Positions 8,245 through 16,791 of a stretch of DNA of 64,000 nt are shown here, piece after piece. The notes below the pieces were generated by a model. It worked only from the letters and a program-made list of their open reading frames with translations. It ran no database searches and was not told the origin of the DNA. Numbering within the stretch: the first letter of the stretch is position 1; each line of letters opens with the position of its first letter. The stretch is taken from the NCBI GenBank assembly GCA_900315525.1, contig OMZO01000013.1, forward strand, positions 2,646-66,645, written 5' to 3'. This DNA comes from an uncultured Prevotella sp. (GTDB lineage: Bacteria > Bacteroidota > Bacteroidia > Bacteroidales > Bacteroidaceae). The translations under genes and the position numbers were made by a program.

Positions 8245-9882
8245 ATGGAAAAAAGTGCATTGCAGATTGCAAGGGCTGCCTATCAGCCTAAACTGCCGAA
8301 GGCTCTTCAGGGAGCAGTGAAAATCAAGGAAGGTCAGCCCACCCAGAGTGTAGGTGACCAGGAGGCAATTAAGAAATTGTTCCCCAATACCTATGGTATG
8401 CCAATCGTCGAGTTTGAGCCGGCTACCTCGGCTAACAATCAGAAGATGAACGTCGGTATCATCCTTTCTGGTGGTCAGGCTCCTGGCGGTCATAATGTGA
8501 TTACAGGTTTGTTCGACCAGATCAAGAAGCTGAATCCCGAGAACCGTTTGTTCGGTTTCATCCTTGGCCCTGGTGGTCTTGTCGATCATAACTACATGGA
8601 GCTGACCGAAAGCGTCATTGACGAGTATCGCAATACTGGCGGTTTCGATATGATTGGTTCAGGCCGTACCAAGCTGGAGAAGGTCGAACAGTTTGAGAAG
8701 GGACTGGAAATCATCCGTCAGCTTGATATCAAGGCTATCGTTATCATCGGTGGTGATGACTCAAATACGAATGCCTGTGTGCTCGCTGAGTACTATGCAG
8801 CCCAGAAGTACGGTGTACAGGTGATTGGTTGCCCGAAGACCATCGATGGTGACCTGAAGAACGATCAGATTGAGACTTCATTCGGTTTCGATACCGCTTG
8901 TAAGACTTACTCAGAGTTGATTGGTAACATTGAGCGCGACTGTAACTCAGCCCGCAAGTACTGGCACTTCATCAAGGTGATGGGTCGTTCAGCTTCTCAC
9001 ATCGCTCTGGAGTGCGCTCTGCAGACACAGCCTAATATCTGTCTGATCTCTGAAGAGATCGAGCAGAAGGCTATGAGTCTCGACGATATCGTGGAGTATA
9101 TCGCTAACGCTGTAGCTGCTCGTGCTGCTGATGGTAATAACTTCGGTACTGTCATCATCCCAGAAGGCGTCATCGAGTTCATTCCTGCCATCAAGAAGTT
9201 GATTGCTCAGCTCAACGACGTGCTGGCTCTGCCTGAGGTAAAAGATATGGGTCGTACGGAGACCATCGACTTTGCAAAGGCTCACCTGACAGAAGAGAAC
9301 CTCGCTGTGTTCAACAGCCTGCCTACCGGTGTGGCCCGTCAGCTGGCTCTCGACCGCGATCCTCACGGCAATGTCCAGGTATCTCTGATTGAGACTGAGA
9401 AGCTGCTCTCTACGATGGTAGCCCAGAAGCTCGAGAAGCTGAAGAAGGAAGGTAAGTACACGGGTAAGTTTGGTACACAGCACCACTTCTTCGGCTATGA
9501 GGGACGTTGTGCTGCTCCTTCAAACTTCGACGCCGACTACTGCTATGCCCTCGGTACTTCAGCTGCTCAGCTGATTGCTAATGGCAAGACTGGCTATATG
9601 GCTATCGTGAAGAATACGACCGCTCCTGCAGAGCAGTGGATTGCTGGTGGTGTGCCCATCACGATGATGATGAACATGGAGAAGCGTGCCGGTGAGATGA
9701 AGCCCGTAATCCGCAAGGCCCTCGTTGAGCTCGACGGTGCTCCCTTCAAGGAGTTTGCCGCACATCGCGACGAGTGGGCTCGTAAGACAGCTTACATCTA
9801 TCCTGGTCCTATCCAGTACTGGGGTCCGACAGAAGTCTGCGACCAGCCTACCAAGACACTTGCACTCGAGCAGGCTAAGTAA
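8245..9882 (+). CDS. pfp: Diphosphate--fructose-6-phosphate 1-phosphotransferase (PPi-dependent phosphofructokinase)
   Basis: 545 aa. [23 protein letters not shown] and PKTIDGDL are PFK-family motifs, and the length is typical of long Pfp enzymes. Confidence 0.9.
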   Translation: MEKSALQIARAAYQPKLPKALQGAVKIKEGQPTQSVGDQEAIKKLFPNTYGMPIVEFEPATSANNQKMNVGIILSGGQAPGGHNVITGLFDQIKKLNPENRLFGFILGPGGLVDHNYMELTESVIDEYRNTGGFDMIGSGRTKLEKVEQFEKGLEIIRQLDIKAIVIIGGDDSNTNACVLAEYYAAQKYGVQVIGCPKTIDGDLKNDQIETSFGFDTACKTYSELIGNIERDCNSARKYWHFIKVMGRSASHIALECALQTQPNICLISEEIEQKAMSLDDIVEYIANAVAARAADGNNFGTVIIPEGVIEFIPAIKKLIAQLNDVLALPEVKDMGRTETIDFAKAHLTEENLAVFNSLPTGVARQLALDRDPHGNVQVSLIETEKLLSTMVAQKLEKLKKEGKYTGKFGTQHHFFGYEGRCAAPSNFDADYCYALGTSAAQLIANGKTGYMAIVKNTTAPAEQWIAGGVPITMMMNMEKRAGEMKPVIRKALVELDGAPFKEFAAHRDEWARKTAYIYPGPIQYWGPTEVCDQPTKTLALEQAK

Positions 9883-9898
9883 TACTTATAATTCCATT

Positions 9899-9933
9899 GG
9901 CACGGATTGCATGACTGCAGTCCGTGCCTTTTT
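9899..9933 (+). terminator. Rho-independent terminator after pfp
   Basis: GGCACGGA-14 nt loop-TCCGTGCC followed by TTTTT. It shares the GGCACGGA core with the repeat family at 16681, 47813 and 58613. Confidence 0.75.
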
Positions 9934-9939
9934 CCAAAA

Positions 9940-10851
9940 ATGGCAAAGAAGAAAAGAACCGTCGTACAGCGAAAAGGAATCGGCACCACCCATACCTATC
10001 ATGGTCCTGGGCGGAAGAAGAAACCGAATGCCATCGTCCGTCTGTTGCAAAAAGTCCCGTCGTGGGGTTGGTGGTTAGGCGGAGGTGCTATTGTCATCCT
10101 TTATATCTGGTTCTTCTATTATTTCTTTGTCGGACCATTTGGTTTCCGTTGGCGTGCCCTTTACGGGACTGTTAACTATCCCGATGGCTATGAGATTCAT
10201 GGTATTGATATCTCGCATCATCAGGGACGTATCGACTGGGATGAACTCAAGGACAATGGCAGTATCAACGATTGTCCGATACGCTTCATCATGATCAAGG
10301 CTACGGAAGGTGCCACGCAGACAGACGAGAACTTCAAAGACAATTTCTTCCAGGCCCGTGAACACGGTTTTACACGAGGTGCTTATCATTTCTATAGTGT
10401 TCATACACCCGCCTATCAGCAGGCCGCCCATTTTATGAAAACCGTCAAGTTGGAGAATGGTGACTTGCCTCCCGTATTGGATGTCGAGCACAAGCCTGCC
10501 AATCAGACCGACGAAGAGTTCAAATCCTCTGTTCATCTCTGGTTAGACATGGTGGAGAAATATTATAAGGTAAAGCCCATTCTTTACACCTATTTTAAGT
10601 TCAAGACACGCTACTTGAACGATTCAATCTTTGACCAGTATCCCTATTGGATTGCTCACTATTATGTCGATTCACTGGAATACAAGGGGCCCTGGAAATT
10701 CTGGCAGCATACAGATGTAGGCCGTTTGCCAGGCATCAAGGGTAATGTCGATTTCAATATCTACAACGGCTCTTACTATGATCTTCGTCAGATGACGATA
10801 GGATCACAGGAGACCATTGGTGAGAAGGCTTATAGCGAAGAATCTTTTTAG
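9940..10851 (+). CDS. GH25 muramidase (lysozyme) with a polybasic N-terminus and a membrane anchor
   Basis: HGIDISHHQGRIDWDEL...IMIKATEGATQTDENF...GAYHFY is the GH25 signature. I moved the start to ATG 9940 because the TTG at 9907 lies inside the pfp terminator hairpin. Confidence 0.85.
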   Translation: MAKKKRTVVQRKGIGTTHTYHGPGRKKKPNAIVRLLQKVPSWGWWLGGGAIVILYIWFFYYFFVGPFGFRWRALYGTVNYPDGYEIHGIDISHHQGRIDWDELKDNGSINDCPIRFIMIKATEGATQTDENFKDNFFQAREHGFTRGAYHFYSVHTPAYQQAAHFMKTVKLENGDLPPVLDVEHKPANQTDEEFKSSVHLWLDMVEKYYKVKPILYTYFKFKTRYLNDSIFDQYPYWIAHYYVDSLEYKGPWKFWQHTDVGRLPGIKGNVDFNIYNGSYYDLRQMTIGSQETIGEKAYSEESF

Positions 10852-11699
10852 GCGAGTCTGAAACACAGACAAGCCCAGTCGTGATTTTCTTTTTGGCTGA
10901 TGAACGTGAGTCCGAGGGCTTGGGCTTTCGTCATGAGTTGCTGGCAGTCGCCGGTGTAGAATCCACTCAGGATAAGAATTGCCCCTTGCGCCATCTTCTG
11001 ACGGAATAAAGGCATATCTGTCAATAGGATATTACGGTTGATATTGGCCAAAACCACGTCGAAATATCCTTCTACCTTATTTAAAATAGAAGCATCCCCG
11101 AGCAACGACGTGAAATGCTTATCTACTCTGTTGATGACTGCATTATGGCGGGCATTATCAGCAGACCATTCGTCGATATCATAGCCGATAGCCTCCTTGG
11201 CACCGAGTCTTAGGGCACAGATGGAAAGGATCCCAGTACCTGTGCCACAGTCCAGGATGCGTTTGCCGCTGAGATCCATCTCGAGCAGTGAGGCACAGAT
11301 CATGCGAGTTGTCTCATGAGTTCCTGTACCAAAAGCCAGTTTGGCATCTATCTCTATCGAGATAGCGGCAGGAGTGTCAGGCAGATGGCGTCCATCGTGG
11401 ATGATCAGCTTATCAGCTATGCAAATCGGATCAAACCCCTCCTGTTCCCATTGTTCGTTCCAATCCTTGTTCTCCGCTTCCTTCACCTCATATGTCACTG
11501 TGGTTTCCATAAAAGGGAATTCCTCTATTATTGCTTTTAGTGCACCTTCGTCGAACAGTTGCTGTTGGACATATCCCTTCAGACCAGTCCCCGTCTCCTC
11601 GAAAGTCTCAAAACCAGCCTCTCCCGCCATTGCGGCAAGTACGTCCCCTGCATCAGAAGAGTAGGGGGATATCATGAAATTTACCTCGAAATACTTCAT
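10848..11699 (-). CDS. prmA: Ribosomal protein L11 methyltransferase
   Basis: 283 aa. It has a PrmA-like N-terminus and the SAM-binding motif ILDCGTGTGILS. Confidence 0.85.
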   Translation of the reverse strand: MKYFEVNFMISPYSSDAGDVLAAMAGEAGFETFEETGTGLKGYVQQQLFDEGALKAIIEEFPFMETTVTYEVKEAENKDWNEQWEQEGFDPICIADKLIIHDGRHLPDTPAAISIEIDAKLAFGTGTHETTRMICASLLEMDLSGKRILDCGTGTGILSICALRLGAKEAIGYDIDEWSADNARHNAVINRVDKHFTSLLGDASILNKVEGYFDVVLANINRNILLTDMPLFRQKMAQGAILILSGFYTGDCQQLMTKAQALGLTFISQKENHDWACLCFRLA

Positions 11700-11719
11700 A
11701 AGGATGTTAATTTTTGCCG

Positions 11720-11727
11720 CAAAATTA
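11720..11727 (-). promoter_or_regulatory. -7 promoter box TAATTTTG for prmA
   Basis: Plus-strand CAAAATTA, 21 nt upstream of the ATG. Confidence 0.5.
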
Positions 11728-11769
11728 CAAAAAATAGGGAAAATCCTACTATAAGTTAGGGTTTTTCCC

Positions 11770-11777
11770 TAAATTTG
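11770..11777 (+). promoter_or_regulatory. -7 promoter box TAAATTTG for the 11830 operon
   Basis: Matches TAnnTTTG, 53 nt upstream of ATG 11830. Confidence 0.5.
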
Positions 11778-11829
11778 CACTAAAATTGGTTGTATTTTTG
11801 CAACGTGAATCATTAAAACGTGTAAGAAG

Positions 11830-12780
11830 ATGAAGAAACTATTATTGTTTTCCATGCTGGTTATAGCCCTTCCGCAGACCATGTCGGCACAGGATGATGA
11901 CCTTTACTTCGTACCGAAGAAAACGACGGCTCCCGAAGTGGCACAAGACCGCTTTGGCATGCCCAAGGACACCTACTATAGTGGTAGTGACCGTAGTGTG
12001 GATGAATATAACCGGAGGCTCAGGAGCCGTGTGGAAGTCTTGGATGGTGACACCACCAAGAACGACATCATCGACTTCAGTGCTGAGAAAGGTGTCTATC
12101 CTGATTCTCTGCAGATAGAAGACTATAAGCTGACAAAGCGGATGAGCCGTTTTGAAGACTACCGTCTGGCCGACAATGCCGCTTTCTGGGCAGGCTATGA
12201 TGCTGGGCGCCGAGACTGGGGCTGGCATTCACCTTGGTACTATAGTAGCTATGGGTGGTATGATCCCTGGTACTATAGCAGTTGGCGTTGGTACGACCCT
12301 TGGTATGATCCTTGGTACTATGGTTATGCCGGCTGGTATGATCCTTGGTACTATCGTCCAGGTTGGGGCTGGGGATGGAACTGGCGTTATCCTTACTATC
12401 GTCCGCGCTATGTAGTCATCAGTGGTGGTGGTCGCCGTCATAGTGGCTATATCGGAACAGGTTCGATACGTCGTGATGGTACGACCTATGGTTATGGTGG
12501 CCGTCGTGGTGTCATTGCAGGTAACAGTAGCCGTATGAGCAGTCTGCGAGAGCGTGCTAGTCGTCTTGGTGGCTCATCCTACAGCAGCGGCAACACTCGT
12601 CGTAGTGGTAGCGGTAATTTCAGTGGCTATCGCGGTGGTAATAGCAACTTCGGCGGCAGTCGTAGTAGCGGTGGCTTTAGTGGCGGTGGTAGCTTCGGTG
12701 GCTCTCGTGGCGGTGGCGGCGGCTTTGGCGGCGGCGGAGGTCGTAGCGGTGGCGGCGGAGGCCTCGGTGGAAGAAGGTAA
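11830..12780 (+). CDS. Secreted low-complexity protein with aromatic (S/D)PWYY repeats and a Gly/Ser/Arg (RGG-like) tail
   Basis: Signal peptide MKKLLLFSMLVIALPQTMSAQ. The core is SPWYYSSYGWYDPWYYSSWRWYDPWYDPWYYGYAGWYDPWYYRPGWGWGWNWRYPYY. The tail is ...GGSRSSGGFSGGGSFGGSRGGGGGFGGGGGRSGGGGGLGGRR. Confidence 0.75.
   Translation: MKKLLLFSMLVIALPQTMSAQDDDLYFVPKKTTAPEVAQDRFGMPKDTYYSGSDRSVDEYNRRLRSRVEVLDGDTTKNDIIDFSAEKGVYPDSLQIEDYKLTKRMSRFEDYRLADNAAFWAGYDAGRRDWGWHSPWYYSSYGWYDPWYYSSWRWYDPWYDPWYYGYAGWYDPWYYRPGWGWGWNWRYPYYRPRYVVISGGGRRHSGYIGTGSIRRDGTTYGYGGRRGVIAGNSSRMSSLRERASRLGGSSYSSGNTRRSGSGNFSGYRGGNSNFGGSRSSGGFSGGGSFGGSRGGGGGFGGGGGRSGGGGGLGGRR
12232..12411 (+). repeat. In-frame tandem DNA repeats encoding the WYDPWYY units
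   Basis: TGGTATGATCCTTGGTACTAT-like units recur at least four times. Confidence 0.8.
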
Positions 12781-12806
12781 AATATAACGTTAATTTGTAT
12801 TTGACT

Positions 12807-14369
12807 ATGATGAAGAAACTATATACAGCAGCAATGATGATGGCAGCCGTTCTGCCTGTAGCTGCACAGGATACTTATGAGAGTGCCCGCTTGCTGGGTA
12901 GTGATTTGAATGGTACAGCCCGCTATGTAGGTATGGGTGGTGCGATGGAAGCTCTTGGCGCAGACATTTCCACCATCTCGACGAATCCTGCGGCTATCGG
13001 ACTCTTCCGTCATTCCACGGCTAGTGTGAGCTTTGGCTTCGTGTCACAGCAGGATGTCCAGAAGTTTGATGGCAAGGATAAGACCGTGATGAGTTTCGAC
13101 CAGGCGGGTTTTGTGTATTCTGCTCGTCTGAATCGTGCTTCGTTCGTGAACTTTGCCTTCAACTACCACAAGAGTCGTAATTTCAATCAGATTATCTCGG
13201 CTGCCAATGCCTTGAGTGGTTGTTCGCAGAATGATCTTACTTATTACAAGGCAGATAAGGGTATCTACGAATTAGATTTCAATAAGCAGGGAGAGGCGAT
13301 TGGTTATGTTGGCAACGACCGTTCCTGGGCTTTCAGTGAGTCTGATTATCTGAATGCCAATGCACTCCTGTTGGATCCAGAAGATATGTGCTTTAAGGCA
13401 ATGTATGCCTCTGCGTACAACTTTGACCGTGCCCAGCGAGGTTGGATTGCCAACTTCGATTTCAACCTTAGCGGTAATGTGAACGACCGTTTCTACTGGG
13501 GTCTGACAATTGGTCTGAAGGATGTCAACTATCGTGGCTATAGTGAGTATGGAGAATCTCTGCTTGCCAGTGGCCAGTCTTGTGGCTCAGCGGTCTATGG
13601 CGATGAGCGTAAGATCAAGGGTACAGGTCTCGAGGTGATTGCCGGTATAATAGTCCGTCCTGTTGAGGACTCACCATTCCGTATTGGCGTCTCTGTGGCT
13701 ACACCGACTTGGTATGATCTGACGACGAATAACGAAACGCTGTTGCTCAATAAAACGAAGTATGGTTCATGGGATGATGGTCACAGTCATACAGACTATG
13801 ATTTCAAACTCTATACCCCATGGAAGTTCGGACTCAGTGTTGGCCATACCATCGGTACGCAGGTTGCCCTCGGTGCCAGCTATGAGTATTCAGACTTCAG
13901 CACAGCCTCTAACCGTGTCAACAAGGGCGATCGCTACTGGTATGGTGACTATGGTTATTCGCCATCTTATATCGATGAGCCGATGAAGAAGAATACTGAG
14001 AAGTCGCTCAAAGGCGTCCATACACTGAAAGCTGGTGTGGAGTTCAAGCCTGTGCCTGAGATGGCTGTACGTTTCGGTTATAATTATGTGTCGTCGCCCT
14101 ATGAGAAAAATGGTATGCGCGATATGACAATCGACTCTCCTGGTGTGTCTTATTCTTCGACGACAGACTACGTGAACTGGCAGGACACCCATCGTATCAC
14201 CTGCGGTCTTGGCTACAAGGTCAGTGGTGTGAATATCGATTTGGCCTATCAGTATAACACGACCAACGGCGATTTCCATCCTTTCCAGCCTTATGCGGGT
14301 AACTCTGGTGTTAAAGAAGTGAGCAATAAGCGCCATCAGGTGCTGCTGACGCTGGGCTATACGTTCTAA
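12807..14369 (+). CDS. FadL/PorV-like outer-membrane beta-barrel protein
   Basis: Signal peptide MMKKLYTAAMMMAAVLPVAAQ. The N-terminal motif GTARYVGMGGAMEALGADISTISTNPAAIGLF is typical of the FadL/PorV/DUF3308-like superfamily. The C-terminus is LTLGYTF. The ORF track starts at TTG 12795; ATG 12807 is more likely. Confidence 0.75.
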   Translation: MMKKLYTAAMMMAAVLPVAAQDTYESARLLGSDLNGTARYVGMGGAMEALGADISTISTNPAAIGLFRHSTASVSFGFVSQQDVQKFDGKDKTVMSFDQAGFVYSARLNRASFVNFAFNYHKSRNFNQIISAANALSGCSQNDLTYYKADKGIYELDFNKQGEAIGYVGNDRSWAFSESDYLNANALLLDPEDMCFKAMYASAYNFDRAQRGWIANFDFNLSGNVNDRFYWGLTIGLKDVNYRGYSEYGESLLASGQSCGSAVYGDERKIKGTGLEVIAGIIVRPVEDSPFRIGVSVATPTWYDLTTNNETLLLNKTKYGSWDDGHSHTDYDFKLYTPWKFGLSVGHTIGTQVALGASYEYSDFSTASNRVNKGDRYWYGDYGYSPSYIDEPMKKNTEKSLKGVHTLKAGVEFKPVPEMAVRFGYNYVSSPYEKNGMRDMTIDSPGVSYSSTTDYVNWQDTHRITCGLGYKVSGVNIDLAYQYNTTNGDFHPFQPYAGNSGVKEVSNKRHQVLLTLGYTF

Positions 14370-14388
14370 ATGGAAATTTACTGAATAT

Positions 14389-14425
14389 AAATGCGGCTTT
14401 ATGTAATTAAAGTCGCATTTTTTTG
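14389..14425 (+). terminator. Rho-independent terminator
   Basis: AAATGCGGCTTT-8 nt-AAAGTCGCATTT followed by TTTTT. Confidence 0.75.
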
Positions 14426-14445
14426 TTTATTCGGCTGAAAAGTCG

Positions 14446-14453
14446 TATCTTTG
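14446..14453 (+). promoter_or_regulatory. -7 promoter box TATCTTTG for iorAB
   Basis: Matches TAnnTTTG, 42 nt upstream of ATG 14495. Confidence 0.55.
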
Positions 14454-14494
14454 CGCTTCAAATAGTAACATTAGATAAATTGTAAAATAGTCAA

Positions 14495-16105
14495 ATGAAA
14501 AAACTTTTATTAGGAGACGAGGCCATCGCTCAAGGTGCTATTGATGCCGGCTTGAGTGGTGTCTATGCCTACCCAGGTACTCCATCGACGGAGATTACTG
14601 AATATATTCAGGAGTCGCCTCTTGCTAAGGATCGTAATATCCATCGCCGCTGGTCAACGAATGAGAAGACGGCTATGGAGGCTGCGCTTGGTATGTCTTA
14701 TATGGGCAAGCGCGCGCTGGTTTGTATGAAGCATGTAGGTCTGAATGTTTGTGCTGATCCATTTGTGAATTCTGCCATGACTGGTACTAACGGTGGTCTG
14801 ATAGTCTTGGTGGCAGACGACCCCTCGATGCATTCTTCACAGGATGAACAAGACTCGCGCTTCTATGCCAAGTTCGCCATGATTCCAACCTTGGAACCCA
14901 GTTCACAGCAGGAGGCCTATGACATGATGGGCGAGGCTTTTGACCTTTCCGAGCAGTTGCATCTCCCTATCCTGATGCGTGTCACCACCCGTATGGCGCA
15001 CTCTCGTGCTGTAGTGGAGTTGAAGGATACGCCCCGTGAGCAGAATGCGCTGAACTATGACGCACAAGCCAGCAACTGGGTACTCCTGCCTGCTTTTGCC
15101 CGCAAGCGTAATATCGTTGTCACAGGGCAGCAGCCACTCCTTGAGCAGATGGCTGTTGACAGCAAGTATAACCAATATATCGACGGCTCTGACCATAAGT
15201 TGGGTATCATCGCCAGTGGTATTGCCTATAACTATCTGATGGAGTGCTATCCTGACGGTTGTCCTTTCCCAGTACTGAAGATTTCGCAGTATCCGATTCC
15301 CAAGAAACTGATTCGTCGTATGACCGACGACTGTGAATATGTGCTCATTGCTGAGGAAGGTCAGCCTTTCATCGAGGATCAGGTACGTGGCGTGATGCCT
15401 GGCAATGCTGTTATCAAAGGCCGCCTTACAGGAGAGCTTCCACGCACGGGTGAGTTGAATCCTGATTGCCTGAAGAAGGCCTTAGGCATCGAGAGCAGTG
15501 AGAGTTATGCTCCATGTGAAGATGTGACGCCACGTCCGCCAGCACTCTGTCAGGGTTGCGGACATCGTGATGTCTATACCGCACTGAATGAAGTGCTTCG
15601 CGAATATCCCAATGCCCGTGTGTTTGGTGATATCGGTTGCTATACGCTGGGCTTCCTGCCTCCTTATAAGGCCATCCACTCTTGCGTCGATATGGGTGCT
15701 TCGATCACGATGGCTAAGGGTGCTTCCGACGCTGGACAATGGCCTGCGGTAGCTATCATTGGCGACTCTACCTTTACCCATAGCGGTATGACTGGTTTGC
15801 TCGATGCGATCAATGAGAATGCTGACATCACCGTGATTATCTCAGACAATCTGACAACAGCGATGACTGGTGGTCAGGATTCCGCTGGTACCAATAAGTT
15901 TGAAGCTATCTGCAAGGGACTCGGACTCTCTGAGGATCATCTGAAGGTCGTGAATCCTATTCCGAAGAATATGCCGGAGATAACGAAGGCTATCCGCGAT
16001 GAGATCAATTATCACGGTGTGAGTGTGATTATCCCGCGTCGTGAGTGTATGCAGACCTTACAACGTCATCTGAAACAGCAAAAAGCAAAGGAGGCAAAGA
16101 AATGA
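14495..16105 (+). CDS. iorA: Indolepyruvate:ferredoxin oxidoreductase, alpha subunit
   Basis: MKKLLLGDEAIAQGAIDAGLSGVYAYPGTPSTEI matches, the region contains CQGCGHRD, and the 536 aa length fits. Confidence 0.85.
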   Translation: MKKLLLGDEAIAQGAIDAGLSGVYAYPGTPSTEITEYIQESPLAKDRNIHRRWSTNEKTAMEAALGMSYMGKRALVCMKHVGLNVCADPFVNSAMTGTNGGLIVLVADDPSMHSSQDEQDSRFYAKFAMIPTLEPSSQQEAYDMMGEAFDLSEQLHLPILMRVTTRMAHSRAVVELKDTPREQNALNYDAQASNWVLLPAFARKRNIVVTGQQPLLEQMAVDSKYNQYIDGSDHKLGIIASGIAYNYLMECYPDGCPFPVLKISQYPIPKKLIRRMTDDCEYVLIAEEGQPFIEDQVRGVMPGNAVIKGRLTGELPRTGELNPDCLKKALGIESSESYAPCEDVTPRPPALCQGCGHRDVYTALNEVLREYPNARVFGDIGCYTLGFLPPYKAIHSCVDMGASITMAKGASDAGQWPAVAIIGDSTFTHSGMTGLLDAINENADITVIISDNLTTAMTGGQDSAGTNKFEAICKGLGLSEDHLKVVNPIPKNMPEITKAIRDEINYHGVSVIIPRRECMQTLQRHLKQQKAKEAKK

Positions 16106-16692
16106 AGACAGATATTATCTTGTGTGGCGTAGGAGGTCAAGGTATCCTCTCTATCGCAACGATTATCGGTGAGGCAGCCATGAAGGAAAAGCTCTATATC
16201 AAGCAGGCTGAGGTACACGGCATGTCGCAACGTGGTGGTGACGTACAGTCGAACCTGCGTCTCTCCAGCGATCCGATTTCCAGTGACTTGATTCCTCTTG
16301 GAGGTGCTGATGTCATTATCTCTATGGAGCCGATGGAGGCACTTCGTTATCTGCCGTTCCTTTCGAAGGATGGCTGGATTATCACGTCGAGCACGCCTTT
16401 CGTGAATATCCCCAACTATCCTGATATTGAGACAATCAAAGCCGATCTCCAGAAGATCAATAATGTGATCATGCTGGATATCGAACAGGCTGCCAAGGAT
16501 AATGGTGTGCCCCGTAGTGCTAACGTCATTCTTCTGGGTGCTGCCCAGAAAGCATTGGGCATCGAGTACGACAAACTTGAGGATGCCATTCGCCGTGTCT
16601 TCGGACGCAAAGGCGAGGCCATTGTCGAGGCAAATATCAAGGCTCTGGCCATCGGCCGTGCTGCTCAGAGTAGATTATTAGGCACGGATTAA
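16102..16692 (+). CDS. iorB: Indolepyruvate:ferredoxin oxidoreductase, beta subunit
   Basis: MKTDIILCGVGGQGILS...HGMSQRGG. ATG 16102 overlaps the iorA stop (ATGA). Confidence 0.85.
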   Translation: MKTDIILCGVGGQGILSIATIIGEAAMKEKLYIKQAEVHGMSQRGGDVQSNLRLSSDPISSDLIPLGGADVIISMEPMEALRYLPFLSKDGWIITSSTPFVNIPNYPDIETIKADLQKINNVIMLDIEQAAKDNGVPRSANVILLGAAQKALGIEYDKLEDAIRRVFGRKGEAIVEANIKALAIGRAAQSRLLGTD

Positions 16693-16773
16693 CGCTGCTT
16701 TATAAATAAAGACACGGCTGCTATATCCCAAATAGCTGTGTTTCTCTAAAAGAGAGCCGTGTTAATCCGTGCC
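16681..16773. repeat. Nested-hairpin intergenic element, copy A of the GGCACGGATnnAC(ACGGC) family
   Basis: The outer inverted repeat is GGCACGGATTAAC (16681-16693) and GTTAATCCGTGCC (16761-16773). An inner imperfect hairpin lies around GACACGGCTGCTAT...ATAGCTGTGT. The left arm contains the iorB stop codon. Confidence 0.8.
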
Positions 16774-16791
16774 AAAAGAATAAAAGAAGTA

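Noticed and set aside
8095-8589. A 164-aa minus-strand ORF overlapping the pfp promoter and 5' end
   Set aside because: It overlaps a strongly supported gene and its promoter box, and it has no motif.
12152-12787. Alternative-frame ORFs (12152-12415, 12229-12441, 12554-12787) in the repeat/RGG region
   Set aside because: They are by-products of low-complexity repetitive DNA. Only the frame with the signal peptide and an upstream promoter box is credible.
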